DNA of 64,000 nt, taken from an uncultured bacterium (GTDB taxonomy: Bacteria > Cyanobacteriota > Vampirovibrionia > Gastranaerophilales > Gastranaerophilaceae). The translations under genes and the position numbers were made by a program. Below, piece by piece: positions 32,101 through 41,127 of the stretch. The stretch covers positions 2,186 through 66,185 of the forward strand of contig CACWIL010000001.1 in the NCBI GenBank assembly GCA_902760905.1, given 5' to 3'. Below the pieces are notes generated by a model. The model saw only the letters and a list, made by a program, of their open reading frames with translations, was not told the DNA's origin and searched no databases. Each line of letters begins with the position of its first letter. Position 1 is the first letter of the stretch.

Positions 32101-32431
32101 AGATGTTGTAAATAGTGTTAAAGAAGCATATAAAACCGATATTAATACTACAAAAGAAGAATGGAATAATGCGGTTGAAGCCGAAAAGAAAAAAATAGAA
32201 GATGCAAAAAAACAGATAAATACTACAAAAGAAGATTTCCAGAATTTGTGGAAAAGTATAAAGGATATTTCCAAGCCGGCAGAGAACAATCAAACTACTC
32301 AACCGGCAGCTGATACAAAAATAACTTCGCCCGCAGAAAACAAACCGTCAGAAACTGTTTCACAAACAGAAGCTTCTGCTCCTGTTCAGGAAAACGAAAA
32401 ACCGGCAGAGGAACAATCTGCGAAAGAATAA
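29138..32431 (+). CDS. AsmA-like protein
   Basis: Single N-terminal TM, SLLPVL...IRVDVI AsmA-type N-terminus, long beta-rich body. Confidence 0.7.
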   Translation: MNIKLLKILGIITGSILLGAFLLFLLLPFVLNFFIDKYTPQIVGEINKLTGLSAGMEEVRVVSTPKLTAGLKVKKFELYTPQKEPIFISDNFEVKMSLLPVLAKNIRVDVIKFDNIDVTLKFNKDGGLDLLKYMPVTEEIKKDDDSDKENNKEYLPLGLKLSNHLPDIHAGAYKITITDGKDNYVVNGSKTDITDFVINKSVKIKGSGKVILKDREQFNYNVNLFNKLMPESDINELVFNSQPADEQKEEVKVDVIGILKGLYDYKVTANANINLKTSKDSIDGGVNISNISIIDLPHSNADLIFKGCKIDIDSNIYTAKDEVSTVKGKCITGKNPSVDLNVKSGVNISNILDIVKKVALIFNIKDLQTLTASGSLNADFNIKSDLKTIQSSGFFKVPAAKLFYGAYNIGVDNINADVSLDNNNVNIKNVSFSILGQPLKIHGTLSSDAVADMHVHAENLNIKGLLIALGQASLMKENPIYSGSLSMEAIIKGKLDKINPLINLSIINLDMKNIPSDLRLNAPATEVKITSDGKTLSGNAESFNIKLINPAATIFAKSINANILSDVIEITETPVTIEKINTTIKGKITNYLTEKIGLDFVSTGDIKSTLKGDMNIPKQTLNLVYQTTDLSTIIIPMFDKSKLSFKGKINITGSMLNPVINGSATVPSVSVPEIPVTMKDMDLKFQGTILHGSGMVKEFASGGIKAQNLTSDFELKGMDFYLNNLKGESFKGKVNGNIVYNLSNAKTKIVFKGSGLDAEEAIEGAAGIKNALSGTLGFDTKLTLTVLEYNAMIKSMKGDLSFDIKKGAFGTIGRFEGFLGASNITQNYFLKNTVNALSNAAGLATTAQFDVLDGKMTFSDGWANLNPIKSAGQSLCYYITGRYNIVNGTTNVNILGRLDAPMVAKLGALGSLDMSDIIGDKAASVLKILTSNPQGEKTELIPALTNGSTNSQEFKVSFNGGVDSKSSVKSFKWLKNADMTNLQKQTAKDVVNSVKEAYKTDINTTKEEWNNAVEAEKKKIEDAKKQINTTKEDFQNLWKSIKDISKPAENNQTTQPAADTKITSPAENKPSETVSQTEASAPVQENEKPAEEQSAKE

Positions 32432-32577
32432 GTACTGCCTCCGGAAACAGGGAAATAGTTGCCAATAAAGAAATAAAGACTGTTACAAAACTTAATGATG
32501 TTGATAAAAATAAGCAATTTTTTTTATTGAGAAACTTTAATATTAATATAAAGGTAAAATAGCAAAGGTTTTGTGTA

Positions 32578-33993
32578 ATGACAATAGAAAAGATTAATAA
32601 TGTTCAGCCAATTCGAACTATCCAAAATACAGAAAGGCAAACAGAAGAAGAGCCTGTTGTACAACAACCGGCCGGTAATACAAAAGAAATAGTAACAGTA
32701 CTCAGTGTTTTGTCGGCAATTGGAGCCGCAGGAGTTGCAATATATAAGCATAAAAATGCTAAAAAAATGATTGAACAAGCTGAAATGGAAGCAAAGAAAA
32801 AAGTTGATGAAGCAGAAGAAAAAGTAAAACAAGCAGCAGAAGAAACAGAAAAAAAGATAAAAGAAGCTGTAGATAAAGTAAGAAATGAATATGAAAAAAC
32901 TAAAGAAAAAGCTGATGATTTACCAAAATCTGTAAACCCGCAAAAAACTTCAGAATCAAACATGACAAAAACAAGTAAATCACAGAATCAAAGAACAGAG
33001 AAAAAACCAAAAACAAAAATACTGGAAGGTGGTATTTCTGACGATACTTTAAAAGTTATTGATCCAAATATAGAAAAACAAGTATCAGAGAGTCAAAATG
33101 GAATTATTGTTATTCCGAGGTTTACAAAGCTTGCAGAATTTTATAAAAAAATAACGAGTTCAATAAAGAATAAGTTTAAACAGGCAGCCAAAGAAGAAAA
33201 ACCTGTTACAGGAAGAGATTATGTAAAAGAATATAAATCAATACTGAAAGATTTTGGCAAAAAAGTAAGTAAAACAACTACAGAGACAAAAAATTATATT
33301 GTAAATAAGTGGAATAACTTTATAAGTCTGTTTAAACGCAAAAAAGCAGAAATTCCTGTTATGGAAATTTCTGAAGAAGGGAAAAAAATCAGACAAGATA
33401 TCAAAAATCAGTTAAGCGGAAAAACTGATTATGAAAAACTGGCAAATGATTTAATAAGCAAACCACGTTCTCAGGCGGAGCATGACAAATTGCAGGCTTT
33501 GTATAATCTGCTTGTTGCAGAGGAACCAAAAGCGTCAGAATTATTTAAAGGAATAAAACTTCCGGATGTTACAAAAACTGCAGAAAAAGACTTAGTTACG
33601 GAATACAAAGCTCTGGAAAAATTTGCAAAAGATTTACCGGTGTTGGATTTAACTGCGCAAAGATTTTTGGAGATAAAGGGTGAATTATTAAACCATCGCG
33701 GATACAAAATTGACAAGAATGGCATACTTATTAAGCCTGTACCAAAAGAAAAAATTAAATTTCCGCCGGAAAATACTGTAAAAGAATCTTCTGATTTAGA
33801 TTTGCTGGTTGAATATTATTATCTGAAAAATAAAGTTCAAAATCTCCCGGTTATGAGCAAAGAATCGCAAAAATTTTTGGAAATAAAAGGTGAGTTATTG
33901 AATCATAGAGGATACAAAGTGAAACCTGATGGGAAATTGACAAAAAAAAGCCTATCTTTAAAAGATAAAATAAAAAGATTTTTTAATTTCTAA
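32578..33993 (+). CDS. Hypothetical protein (one TM, coiled coil, duplicated C-terminal module)
   Basis: 471-aa ORF; FLEIKGELLNHRGYK occurs twice. Confidence 0.75.
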   Translation: MTIEKINNVQPIRTIQNTERQTEEEPVVQQPAGNTKEIVTVLSVLSAIGAAGVAIYKHKNAKKMIEQAEMEAKKKVDEAEEKVKQAAEETEKKIKEAVDKVRNEYEKTKEKADDLPKSVNPQKTSESNMTKTSKSQNQRTEKKPKTKILEGGISDDTLKVIDPNIEKQVSESQNGIIVIPRFTKLAEFYKKITSSIKNKFKQAAKEEKPVTGRDYVKEYKSILKDFGKKVSKTTTETKNYIVNKWNNFISLFKRKKAEIPVMEISEEGKKIRQDIKNQLSGKTDYEKLANDLISKPRSQAEHDKLQALYNLLVAEEPKASELFKGIKLPDVTKTAEKDLVTEYKALEKFAKDLPVLDLTAQRFLEIKGELLNHRGYKIDKNGILIKPVPKEKIKFPPENTVKESSDLDLLVEYYYLKNKVQNLPVMSKESQKFLEIKGELLNHRGYKVKPDGKLTKKSLSLKDKIKRFFNF

Positions 33994-34811
33994 TCAGCTA
34001 ATTTTATTTCATTAAGTTTTTGATATATTGCAGAAAGACAAATGTATAGAATGTCTTTTGGTATGGTTGTATTGCATATATCAAAATCCGGCATGGAAAA
34101 TTCGTAAGAAAAACCGGTGTTATATAATATTCCGTTTTCTTCTACAATCTCTGAGTTAATAAAGCCTATGAAATTGGCTTTTTCTTCCAGAAGCATTTTT
34201 TCAAGCTTATAAGAATACTCAGTTAAAAGACTTTGTTTAATGTTTTTATGCGGGAAAGTCAGCAGATGTTTTCCGTCAAAAATGGATATAACTTTATATT
34301 TTTCTCCGTGCAGATATTTTTCAAGAAAAACATTTTTTGCAATTTCCCCGGAAGTGTTGTAAATCTTTTCTTTAATACTTATTATTTCCTGCATTGAATT
34401 TGCTTTTTTCAAAAATCCGTCACCTTTTACAAGAACCGGAAATTCTAAAGGCAGTGTTATTACCGGAGGGATACTAATATCGTATCGGGTAAGCATTTTT
34501 CTTGCATAATTGTGGGATAAACCCAGCTCTATCCAGTCGGTTGTTGCAGCAAAGCAGTTAACAAAATTTTGTTTCATAACATTTGCAATGCCTTCCAGCA
34601 CCCACTTTTCTTCTTCTGCGAGAATAATGTCAATCTGAAGAGCTCTGCATTTTTGAGCAAGTTCTTTAAAGGTGTTAAATTTTATTCTGACAGTTCCTGA
34701 GATTTCTTCATTAGATGTAATGTACAATTTGTTAAGATACTTAGATTGCAGAAATTGTCCAATATATTTGCTTGTATCAGAGCTTACAATTAATACATTT
34801 AGTGACTGCAT
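33990..34811 (-). CDS. Degenerate, truncated PurD (GAR synthetase)-like protein
   Basis: Follows the PurD N/ATP-grasp layout (FPVLVKGDG, VFLEKYLHGE, FDGK) but lacks GSGGREHA, VGPE, LEGSK and the C domain. Confidence 0.7.
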   Translation of the reverse strand: MQSLNVLIVSSDTSKYIGQFLQSKYLNKLYITSNEEISGTVRIKFNTFKELAQKCRALQIDIILAEEEKWVLEGIANVMKQNFVNCFAATTDWIELGLSHNYARKMLTRYDISIPPVITLPLEFPVLVKGDGFLKKANSMQEIISIKEKIYNTSGEIAKNVFLEKYLHGEKYKVISIFDGKHLLTFPHKNIKQSLLTEYSYKLEKMLLEEKANFIGFINSEIVEENGILYNTGFSYEFSMPDFDICNTTIPKDILYICLSAIYQKLNEIKLAD

Positions 34812-35275
34812 GAAGAACAACCTCCGCAAGCTCCGTTACAATTTTTATTTATAATTTTACTTAATTCAAACGGCTCATTTTTTATTATTTTTTCTGCAAC
34901 AATCGGCAGTAGTGTTTGTTCAAGATATGTTAATTCCTGTTTTAAGTTGTCATAGTGAGTATCATTTTTTATAAAAACAGGATATTGCGCAATGATTTTG
35001 CCTGTATTTTGGTAGTAAACAGTAATCCCGGTAACTTTTACTCCGCTCAGAACAGCTTCTTTTTCAGGTTCATCACAATTGAACGCCGGTAAAAGTGAAT
35101 GGTGACATGAAATGGCATTGCCTTCAGATTTTGTATTATTCAGACAAATAATCAAATCGTATTTTTCAGTCTTATCAGCCGAAGTTAAGCAATCAACAGT
35201 ACAATCTGAAAGATTGTATTTTAAAGCATCAATAACAGGCGAGTATTTGGAATATACAATTGCAATTTTTTTCAT
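34799..35275 (-). CDS. Degenerate PurN (formyltransferase)-like protein with Cys-rich tail
   Basis: HHSLLPAF...SGVKVTGITV...GKIIAQ..V; ends CNGACGGCSSCSH. Confidence 0.72.
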   Translation of the reverse strand: MKKIAIVYSKYSPVIDALKYNLSDCTVDCLTSADKTEKYDLIICLNNTKSEGNAISCHHSLLPAFNCDEPEKEAVLSGVKVTGITVYYQNTGKIIAQYPVFIKNDTHYDNLKQELTYLEQTLLPIVAEKIIKNEPFELSKIINKNCNGACGGCSSCSH

Positions 35276-35367
35276 AAAATAATTATATCATAGGATATAA
35301 CAGACAAAAGTATTTATACTTTTAAAAAAACAGCATTGTTGTATAATGTTTTTATAAGGAGTAAGCA

Positions 35368-35826
35368 ATGGGTATTATAGCTTGGAACGATTATTTTCTG
35401 GATATGGCAAAAACATGTTCGTCACGCTCAAATTGTTTAAGAGCTCAGGTTGGCGCAGTTATTGTCGGTCAGGACAGAAAAATTAAAGCAACCGGATATA
35501 ACGGAACTCCAAGCGGCGTAGAATCGTGCTATGAGCGTGGTGAATGTTACAGAATAAAAAATAATATTCCCTCAGGCACTTGTTATGAAACCTGCCGTTC
35601 AATTCATGCTGAACAAAATGCTATTATTCAGGCAGGACAAGACAGATGTATGGGTGCAACAATGTACATATACGGTCATAATTTTATCTGTATTCTCTGC
35701 AAAAGATTCATTGTGCAGGCAGGTATAAAAGATGTTTACCTCAAAAAAGATGATAACTCAGAGATAGTTTACGTTTCTGTTGAAGATATTAAACGAGAGC
35801 TTGAAGAAGTTCGTGAATTCGTGTAA
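35368..35826 (+). CDS. dCMP deaminase family protein (ComEB-like)
   Basis: WNDYF, RSNC, VGAVIV, TGYNG, HAEQNAI, CILC. Confidence 0.93.
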   Translation: MGIIAWNDYFLDMAKTCSSRSNCLRAQVGAVIVGQDRKIKATGYNGTPSGVESCYERGECYRIKNNIPSGTCYETCRSIHAEQNAIIQAGQDRCMGATMYIYGHNFICILCKRFIVQAGIKDVYLKKDDNSEIVYVSVEDIKRELEEVREFV

Positions 35827-35919
35827 AAGGCAATAAAAAAGGACTTTTCAGTCCTTCTGTAAATGTATATTTTTGAGTCTTTCGGACAAATTTAATGTCC
35901 GGTGTTGAGAAAACAGTTT

Positions 35920-36060
35920 TTAAACGTTGACTTCTTCTTTGAAATAATCGACTATTGTGTCCATAACATTATCAAAGAAGAAGTCCAATTCTGTTGATAA
36001 CGAGTCGCTTATATTCTCTGTTTTGTTAAATCTTGTCATCATTTCATTTTCAATCTGCAT
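35920..36060 (-). CDS. Small acidic hypothetical protein (46 aa)
   Basis: MQIENEMMTRFNKTENISDSLSTELDFFFDNVMDTIVDYFKEEVNV; GAAAGGA RBS; sigma28-type promoter upstream. Confidence 0.65.
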   Translation of the reverse strand: MQIENEMMTRFNKTENISDSLSTELDFFFDNVMDTIVDYFKEEVNV

Positions 36061-36116
36061 TTTTAAATCCTTTCTTATATTCTGCCCTAATTAATGTCTT
36101 TCCGGTTACATTTTAT

Positions 36117-36143
36117 ATATCGGCAGTTTTTTTTAAAACTTTA
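36117..36143 (-). promoter_or_regulatory. Sigma28 (FliA/SigD)-type promoter
   Basis: TAAA-N15-GCCGATAT on the minus strand; consensus is TAAA-N15-GCCGATAA/T. Confidence 0.75.
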
Positions 36144-36160
36144 GGCTTTTTAGAACAATC

Positions 36161-36178
36161 GTTACAATTTGTTACATT
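36161..36178 (+). promoter_or_regulatory. HLR1-like direct repeat (possible OmpR/RpaB-type site)
   Basis: GTTACAAT-TT-GTTACATT fits (G/T)TTACAWW-N2-(G/T)TTACAWW exactly. Confidence 0.4.
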
Positions 36179-36287
36179 GATACTTATTTCTTAATAAAAA
36201 TTACCGGTAAGTCAATTTCTCTTGTATTATTCCTCTATTTATACTAAAATATCAATGTTAAAGGGAATATTTCGGGGGTTAAAATAA

Positions 36288-37409
36288 ATGAAATTTGTTG
36301 CAAATAAAGAAGAGTTATTAAATGGTATAAGAATAGTAGAACGAGCTACTGTAGTTAAGGGGTTGCAGCCTGTTTTGGCAAACGTCCTTATAGAAACAAT
36401 TGGCGACAATCAGATAAAATTAACTGCAACAGATTTTGATTTGTCTATTACAACATTAATTAATGCGACGGTGGAGAATGAAGGTAAATTTACTCTTCCT
36501 GCAAAAAAACTCGGTGAAATTATCTCAAGATTAAATGATGAACTGATAAAACTGGAACTTAACGGTTCAACTGTTACTATTACAAGCAAAAAATCAAAAT
36601 TTGATATAATCGGTATTTCTGCAAATGAATTTCCGCAGGTTGAAGAAAATATTTCCGAAAGTGATTGCATGGAAATAGAAACAGAACCGTTTACAAAAGC
36701 AATCAGAGAGGTTGTTTCAGCTGCTGCAGGATATGAAACAAATAATCTTTTATCAGGTGTTGTTTGTCAGGTAAACAAAAATATCTTAGAGATGGCGGCA
36801 ACAGACGGAAACAGACTTGCAAGAGTCAGGGAGGTTGTTAAAAATACTTCAACTTCTGAAGAAAATCCTTTTGAAATGCTTATTTCATCAAGAATATTGG
36901 CAGAACTTTCAAAGATTGCATCAATTGTTGAATCTGATAATATTAAAATCTGCAAAGAACAAAAGAAGATTATCATTACTATCGATAAGACAAATATTAT
37001 TACACGCTTGATGCAGGGGCAATTCCCTAAATATAATCAGCTTATTCCGCAAACATTCCCGAAGGAAGCCGTTTTAAACAAGGCTGATTTAATTTCAGCG
37101 CTTGAAAGAGTTGCGGTTATGGTAAACGAGAAAAACAGTATTGTTAAGTTTGAATTTGCTGATAATACGCTGAAGCTTTCCGGAGATTCTCCGGATGCAG
37201 GTAATTCTCAGGACGAAGTTGATGCAAAATATATGGCAGAGCCGCTTGCGATTGCATTTAATTATAAATTTATCCTTGAATTTTTAAAGATTGTTGAGGC
37301 TGAAGAGATTAAAATACAATTGAATTCATCTCTTTCTGCAACGGTATTTGCTCCTTGTTCTGATGAAGATTATTTATATCTGGTAATGCCTGTCCAGTTA
37401 AGAGGTTAG
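36288..37409 (+). CDS. dnaN: DNA polymerase III beta sliding clamp
   Basis: LTATDFD, AATDGNRLA, GQFPKYNQLIP, IAFNYKF, YLVMPVQ. Confidence 0.97.
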   Translation: MKFVANKEELLNGIRIVERATVVKGLQPVLANVLIETIGDNQIKLTATDFDLSITTLINATVENEGKFTLPAKKLGEIISRLNDELIKLELNGSTVTITSKKSKFDIIGISANEFPQVEENISESDCMEIETEPFTKAIREVVSAAAGYETNNLLSGVVCQVNKNILEMAATDGNRLARVREVVKNTSTSEENPFEMLISSRILAELSKIASIVESDNIKICKEQKKIIITIDKTNIITRLMQGQFPKYNQLIPQTFPKEAVLNKADLISALERVAVMVNEKNSIVKFEFADNTLKLSGDSPDAGNSQDEVDAKYMAEPLAIAFNYKFILEFLKIVEAEEIKIQLNSSLSATVFAPCSDEDYLYLVMPVQLRG

Positions 37410-37429
37410 AGGTAAAGGGGTAAATTAAA

Positions 37430-37924
37430 ATGAGAGGAAAAGCTTTTAAATTCGGAGATAATATATCAACAGATCATATTGCGCCGGGAAGATTATTTCA
37501 CCTTCGCTCTGATTTGCAGGAGTTTGCAAAACACGTTTTGGAAGATGCAGATGAAAACTTTGCAAAAAACATGTCAAAAGGTGATTTTGTAGTTGCAGGT
37601 AATAATTTTGGTCTTGGTTCTTCAAGAGAACACGCTCCGCAGATTATAAAAATAGCCGGTGTCGGAGCTGTTATAGCAAAATCTTTTGCAAGAATTTTTT
37701 ACCGTAATGCTATCAATATAGGTCTTTTAGCTATTGAATGTGATACAGACGGTATAGATGCCGGAGATGAACTTGATTTGGATATAAAAGAAGGTGTGTT
37801 AAAAAATCTAACAAAAGGTACGATTACTGCAATTGAACCGTTGCCTGATGTTATGATAAGACTTCTTGAAGACGGCGGACTTATTGAACATATCAAGAAA
37901 AATGGTGATTTGGTTTTAGGGTAG
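37430..37924 (+). CDS. leuD: 3-isopropylmalate dehydratase small subunit (LeuD/HacB-type)
   Basis: [39 protein letters not shown]. Confidence 0.9.
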   Translation: MRGKAFKFGDNISTDHIAPGRLFHLRSDLQEFAKHVLEDADENFAKNMSKGDFVVAGNNFGLGSSREHAPQIIKIAGVGAVIAKSFARIFYRNAINIGLLAIECDTDGIDAGDELDLDIKEGVLKNLTKGTITAIEPLPDVMIRLLEDGGLIEHIKKNGDLVLG

Positions 37925-37947
37925 ATATTGATTAAAGGAGATGCGGA

Positions 37948-38487
37948 ATGGCTGATACCAAAGAAATAATTAATTGTCCTGCATGCGGTAAGGAAATGAA
38001 AAAGGTTTTTATAGAAGGTGCGAATATTAATATTGATATTTGTACTGATGGTTGCGGCGGAATGTTATTTGATAACAGAGAACTGGAAAAATTTGATGAA
38101 AAAAGCGAAAATGCAGATAAAATTTTAGATGAAGTTAAAGGCAAAAATTTTGAAAAAACAGATGATAACGCACAGAGAATTTGCCCTGTTTGTAATATTC
38201 CGATGGTAAAAATGGGCGCAAGCGGAAATGTTCAAATAGATGTTTGTAATGTTTGCGGTGCCAAATTTTTAGATAACGGTGAATTGTTAAAAATCAGAAA
38301 CGATTATTTACCTAAAGAAACACCGGAAATTGACGCTGCAATGGAGATATTAGAAAAGGAAACTTCACAGGAAATTTACGGAAAAGTATCTTCTTTTTTC
38401 AGAGATAACTTTGAGCGTTCTAAATCAAGTGATTCAATGGTTCATTTTGTAAGCAGATATTTGTCTTATAAAAAATCAGGCTTATAA
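37948..38487 (+). CDS. Tandem zf-TFIIB-like zinc-ribbon protein
   Basis: CPAC...IDICxxxCGG..FD..EL and CPVC...IDVCNVCG..FLDNGEL. Confidence 0.82.
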   Translation: MADTKEIINCPACGKEMKKVFIEGANINIDICTDGCGGMLFDNRELEKFDEKSENADKILDEVKGKNFEKTDDNAQRICPVCNIPMVKMGASGNVQIDVCNVCGAKFLDNGELLKIRNDYLPKETPEIDAAMEILEKETSQEIYGKVSSFFRDNFERSKSSDSMVHFVSRYLSYKKSGL

Positions 38488-39117
38488 TAAAGACAGTTGT
38501 TTAACTGACTCAAAATGTTTTCTTAAAAAGGAAGGTCTGTGATACTTTGTAAGTCCGTATTTATCAATTGCTTCAATGTGTTCACGGGTCAGGTATCCTG
38601 CATTTTTAATCCAGTTATACATCGGGTATTCTTCGTGAAGTTTTTGCATGTATCTGTCACGGGAAACTTTTGCCAAAATGCTTGCAGCTGCAATTGAAGC
38701 CGATTTAGAGTCCCCTTTTATAATGAATTTTTGTGGGTAATTGTAATTTCTGATGTGTTTGTTACCGTCAACAAGGGTTAAAGCATTTTCCTGCATAATT
38801 GCAGAGCATGCTAAGTTCATGGCTTTTAATGATGAGTTGAGAATATTAATTTTTTCTATTTCATCAACTTCAACGCAAATAATTTTGTTAAGTGTGTTAT
38901 TTAAAATTATATCATAGATTGAGTCACGTTTTTTGGGGGTAAGTTTTTTTGAATCATTCAGGATTTCAAGATCTTTAATCAGCCCTTTTGTTACTTCAGG
39001 AAAACAAACTGCAGCTGCATATACACCGCCTGCAGCGGGTCCTCTTCCTGCTTCGTCTGTTCCGATAATTGTCTGATTAAATTGTTTGTCAAAATTAAAT
39101 AAATCCGTTACTGACAT
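38482..39117 (-). CDS. rnhB: Ribonuclease HII
   Basis: GTDEAGRGP, LNDSKKL, LVDGN, KGDSKSASIAAASILAKVSRD. Confidence 0.97.
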   Translation of the reverse strand: MSVTDLFNFDKQFNQTIIGTDEAGRGPAAGGVYAAAVCFPEVTKGLIKDLEILNDSKKLTPKKRDSIYDIILNNTLNKIICVEVDEIEKINILNSSLKAMNLACSAIMQENALTLVDGNKHIRNYNYPQKFIIKGDSKSASIAAASILAKVSRDRYMQKLHEEYPMYNWIKNAGYLTREHIEAIDKYGLTKYHRPSFLRKHFESVKQLSLL

Positions 39118-39234
39118 AAACTATCTCGCTTTTTCAATAATTATATCAGATAAATATGTCATTTGCAGAACTTTTTATTGACTTTAAGCCCTGTCTATAC
39201 AATAATATTAAATAATAACAACCAAGGCAGAGAT

Positions 39235-40164
39235 ATGAACACTATAGTCGAAAAGATAAATACCCTTAAAAAAGAAAAGAATGCGGTAATATTGGCACAT
39301 TGTTATCAAAATGTTGAAATTGATGAAGTGGCTGATTTTGTCGGTGACTCTTTATATCTGAGTCGTAAAGCAAAAGATACAAACGCAGATATTATAGTTT
39401 TTGCAGGAGTTTCTTTTATGGCAGAAACTGCAAAACTTCTTTCACCGGAGAAAAAAGTTTTACTTCCGAGGCTTGAGTCAGGCTGTTTTATGGCAAACAT
39501 GATTAATGTTGAGTCATTAAGACAATTCAAAGCTATGCATCCCGGTATTCCAACAGTTTGTTATGTTAACTCAACAGCGGATATTAAAGCAGAATGTGAT
39601 GTTTGCTGTACAAGTTCAAATGCGGTTGATGTGGTAAGAAATATCGGAACGGATGAAGTGTTATTCCTGCCTGATACATATCTTGGCAAGTGGGTTGAAG
39701 CTCAGCTCGGCGGACGGGTTAAAGTACATACTTATAACGGTTTTTGTCCGACACATTTGAGATTGCGTGCGGAAGATATGGAAAAATCAAGATTAGAGCA
39801 TCCAAACTCAAAAATTCTTGCACACCCTGAATGTCACCATACAGTTTCTGCGCTTGCTGATTTTGTAGGAAGCACAAAAGAAATTATGGAGTATGTTCAT
39901 AAAACAAACTTTAAAGAATATACAATTGCAACAGAAAAGGGTGTTTACGACAGACTTCAGAGGGATTATAAAAACAAAACGTTCTATTTGCTCTCAGAAA
40001 AACTTGTCTGCCAAAATATGAAATGGAACACTCTTGATGATATTTATAATGCTCTTTTAAGAGAAGAACACGAGATTACGCTTGATTCGGAAATGTCACG
40101 AAAAGCGGTGGCTTGTATAGACAGAATGTTTGAAATTACTCAACCGGCAAGTTCATTAGTATAA
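39235..40164 (+). CDS. nadA: Quinolinate synthase
   Basis: ILAHCYQ, GDSL, FMAETAK, GCFMA, YVNS, CTSSNA, CPTH, AHPEC, CQNMK. Confidence 0.96.
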   Translation: MNTIVEKINTLKKEKNAVILAHCYQNVEIDEVADFVGDSLYLSRKAKDTNADIIVFAGVSFMAETAKLLSPEKKVLLPRLESGCFMANMINVESLRQFKAMHPGIPTVCYVNSTADIKAECDVCCTSSNAVDVVRNIGTDEVLFLPDTYLGKWVEAQLGGRVKVHTYNGFCPTHLRLRAEDMEKSRLEHPNSKILAHPECHHTVSALADFVGSTKEIMEYVHKTNFKEYTIATEKGVYDRLQRDYKNKTFYLLSEKLVCQNMKWNTLDDIYNALLREEHEITLDSEMSRKAVACIDRMFEITQPASSLV

Positions 40165-40202
40165 AAAAATAATGTGTTCATTTTTGAACGCATTATTTTT
40201 TT
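40163..40202. terminator. Bidirectional terminator after nadA
   Basis: AAAAAAATAATGTGTTCA-loop-TGAACGCATTATTTTTTT. Confidence 0.8.
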
Positions 40203-40217
40203 GTCTAATATAATTTA

Positions 40218-40991
40218 TTATGATAAATATTTATCAGTATTAATTTTTTTACCATATTGAACAAGCAAATCTACTAGCGCCATAAAGAATGCAAAGCAAA
40301 TAAACGGCAGAAGAAAAATACCTATTAAAGTAATACATGCTATTATTGAAACTAATACTAATAACAAAGTATACAAAATGATTTTACCAACTAATGTCCA
40401 AGCTGCATGCTGATTATCAGCTATAATCATAAATTGTTTTTTTATTGCCATCAAATCACGGAACTTAAAGTTTTTACAATAATAAAGATATCCCACATTG
40501 AAAAACTGAATCAAATATAAAAATACCACCACAAAAGCCGTTCCACCTACAATTATCATGAAAATCTCTGTAATTTGGGGATTTAGTTGTAATATCATAT
40601 TTATTACGTAACCTATCAGTACTACTACTGCTGCAATAACAAATATTGTAAAACAACATATAAAAGACAATAGTAATGTATATACAAAGTAACAAAGCAT
40701 GCATTTTAAACCTTTAAGAAAAATATTGGGTTCAGACCACTCTGTCCAGCCAATAAAATCACCGTTAATTTTTTTATTTGTTGTAGATACCATAAAGCCT
40801 AAAAGAATTGAATAAAATATTAGATACAATACGACACCGGAAGCTTTAACTGCTATATGAACGCCTTTAGCTTCCAGCATAGCTTCTCCGATTAAAGATA
40901 CAAGATAAATCAATCCGCCAATAAATACTTTTTTCAACCAATGGCTATCTTCTTTTACCGATTTAAGGGCATTTCCTAAACTAATTGTCAT
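40218..40991 (-). CDS. Integral membrane protein (DUF4013-like)
   Basis: DSHWLKKVFIGG start, EW...F.KG motif, several TM segments. Confidence 0.65.
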   Translation of the reverse strand: MTISLGNALKSVKEDSHWLKKVFIGGLIYLVSLIGEAMLEAKGVHIAVKASGVVLYLIFYSILLGFMVSTTNKKINGDFIGWTEWSEPNIFLKGLKCMLCYFVYTLLLSFICCFTIFVIAAVVVLIGYVINMILQLNPQITEIFMIIVGGTAFVVVFLYLIQFFNVGYLYYCKNFKFRDLMAIKKQFMIIADNQHAAWTLVGKIILYTLLLVLVSIIACITLIGIFLLPFICFAFFMALVDLLVQYGKKINTDKYLS

Positions 40992-41127
40992 TTTTATTCC
41001 CTTTCTATTCTTTATTCCAATAGGATAATATCTTTTTTTATACAAATTTAAATCATATATACAATGTAAAATCTTTATTATACTGTTTTTATGTTAAAAT
41101 CATTTGTAACAAAATAAGAGGTAAATT

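Noticed and set aside
39192-39202. Operator-like TGTCTATACAA before nadA
   Set aside because: Single short imperfect palindrome with no cognate regulator in view
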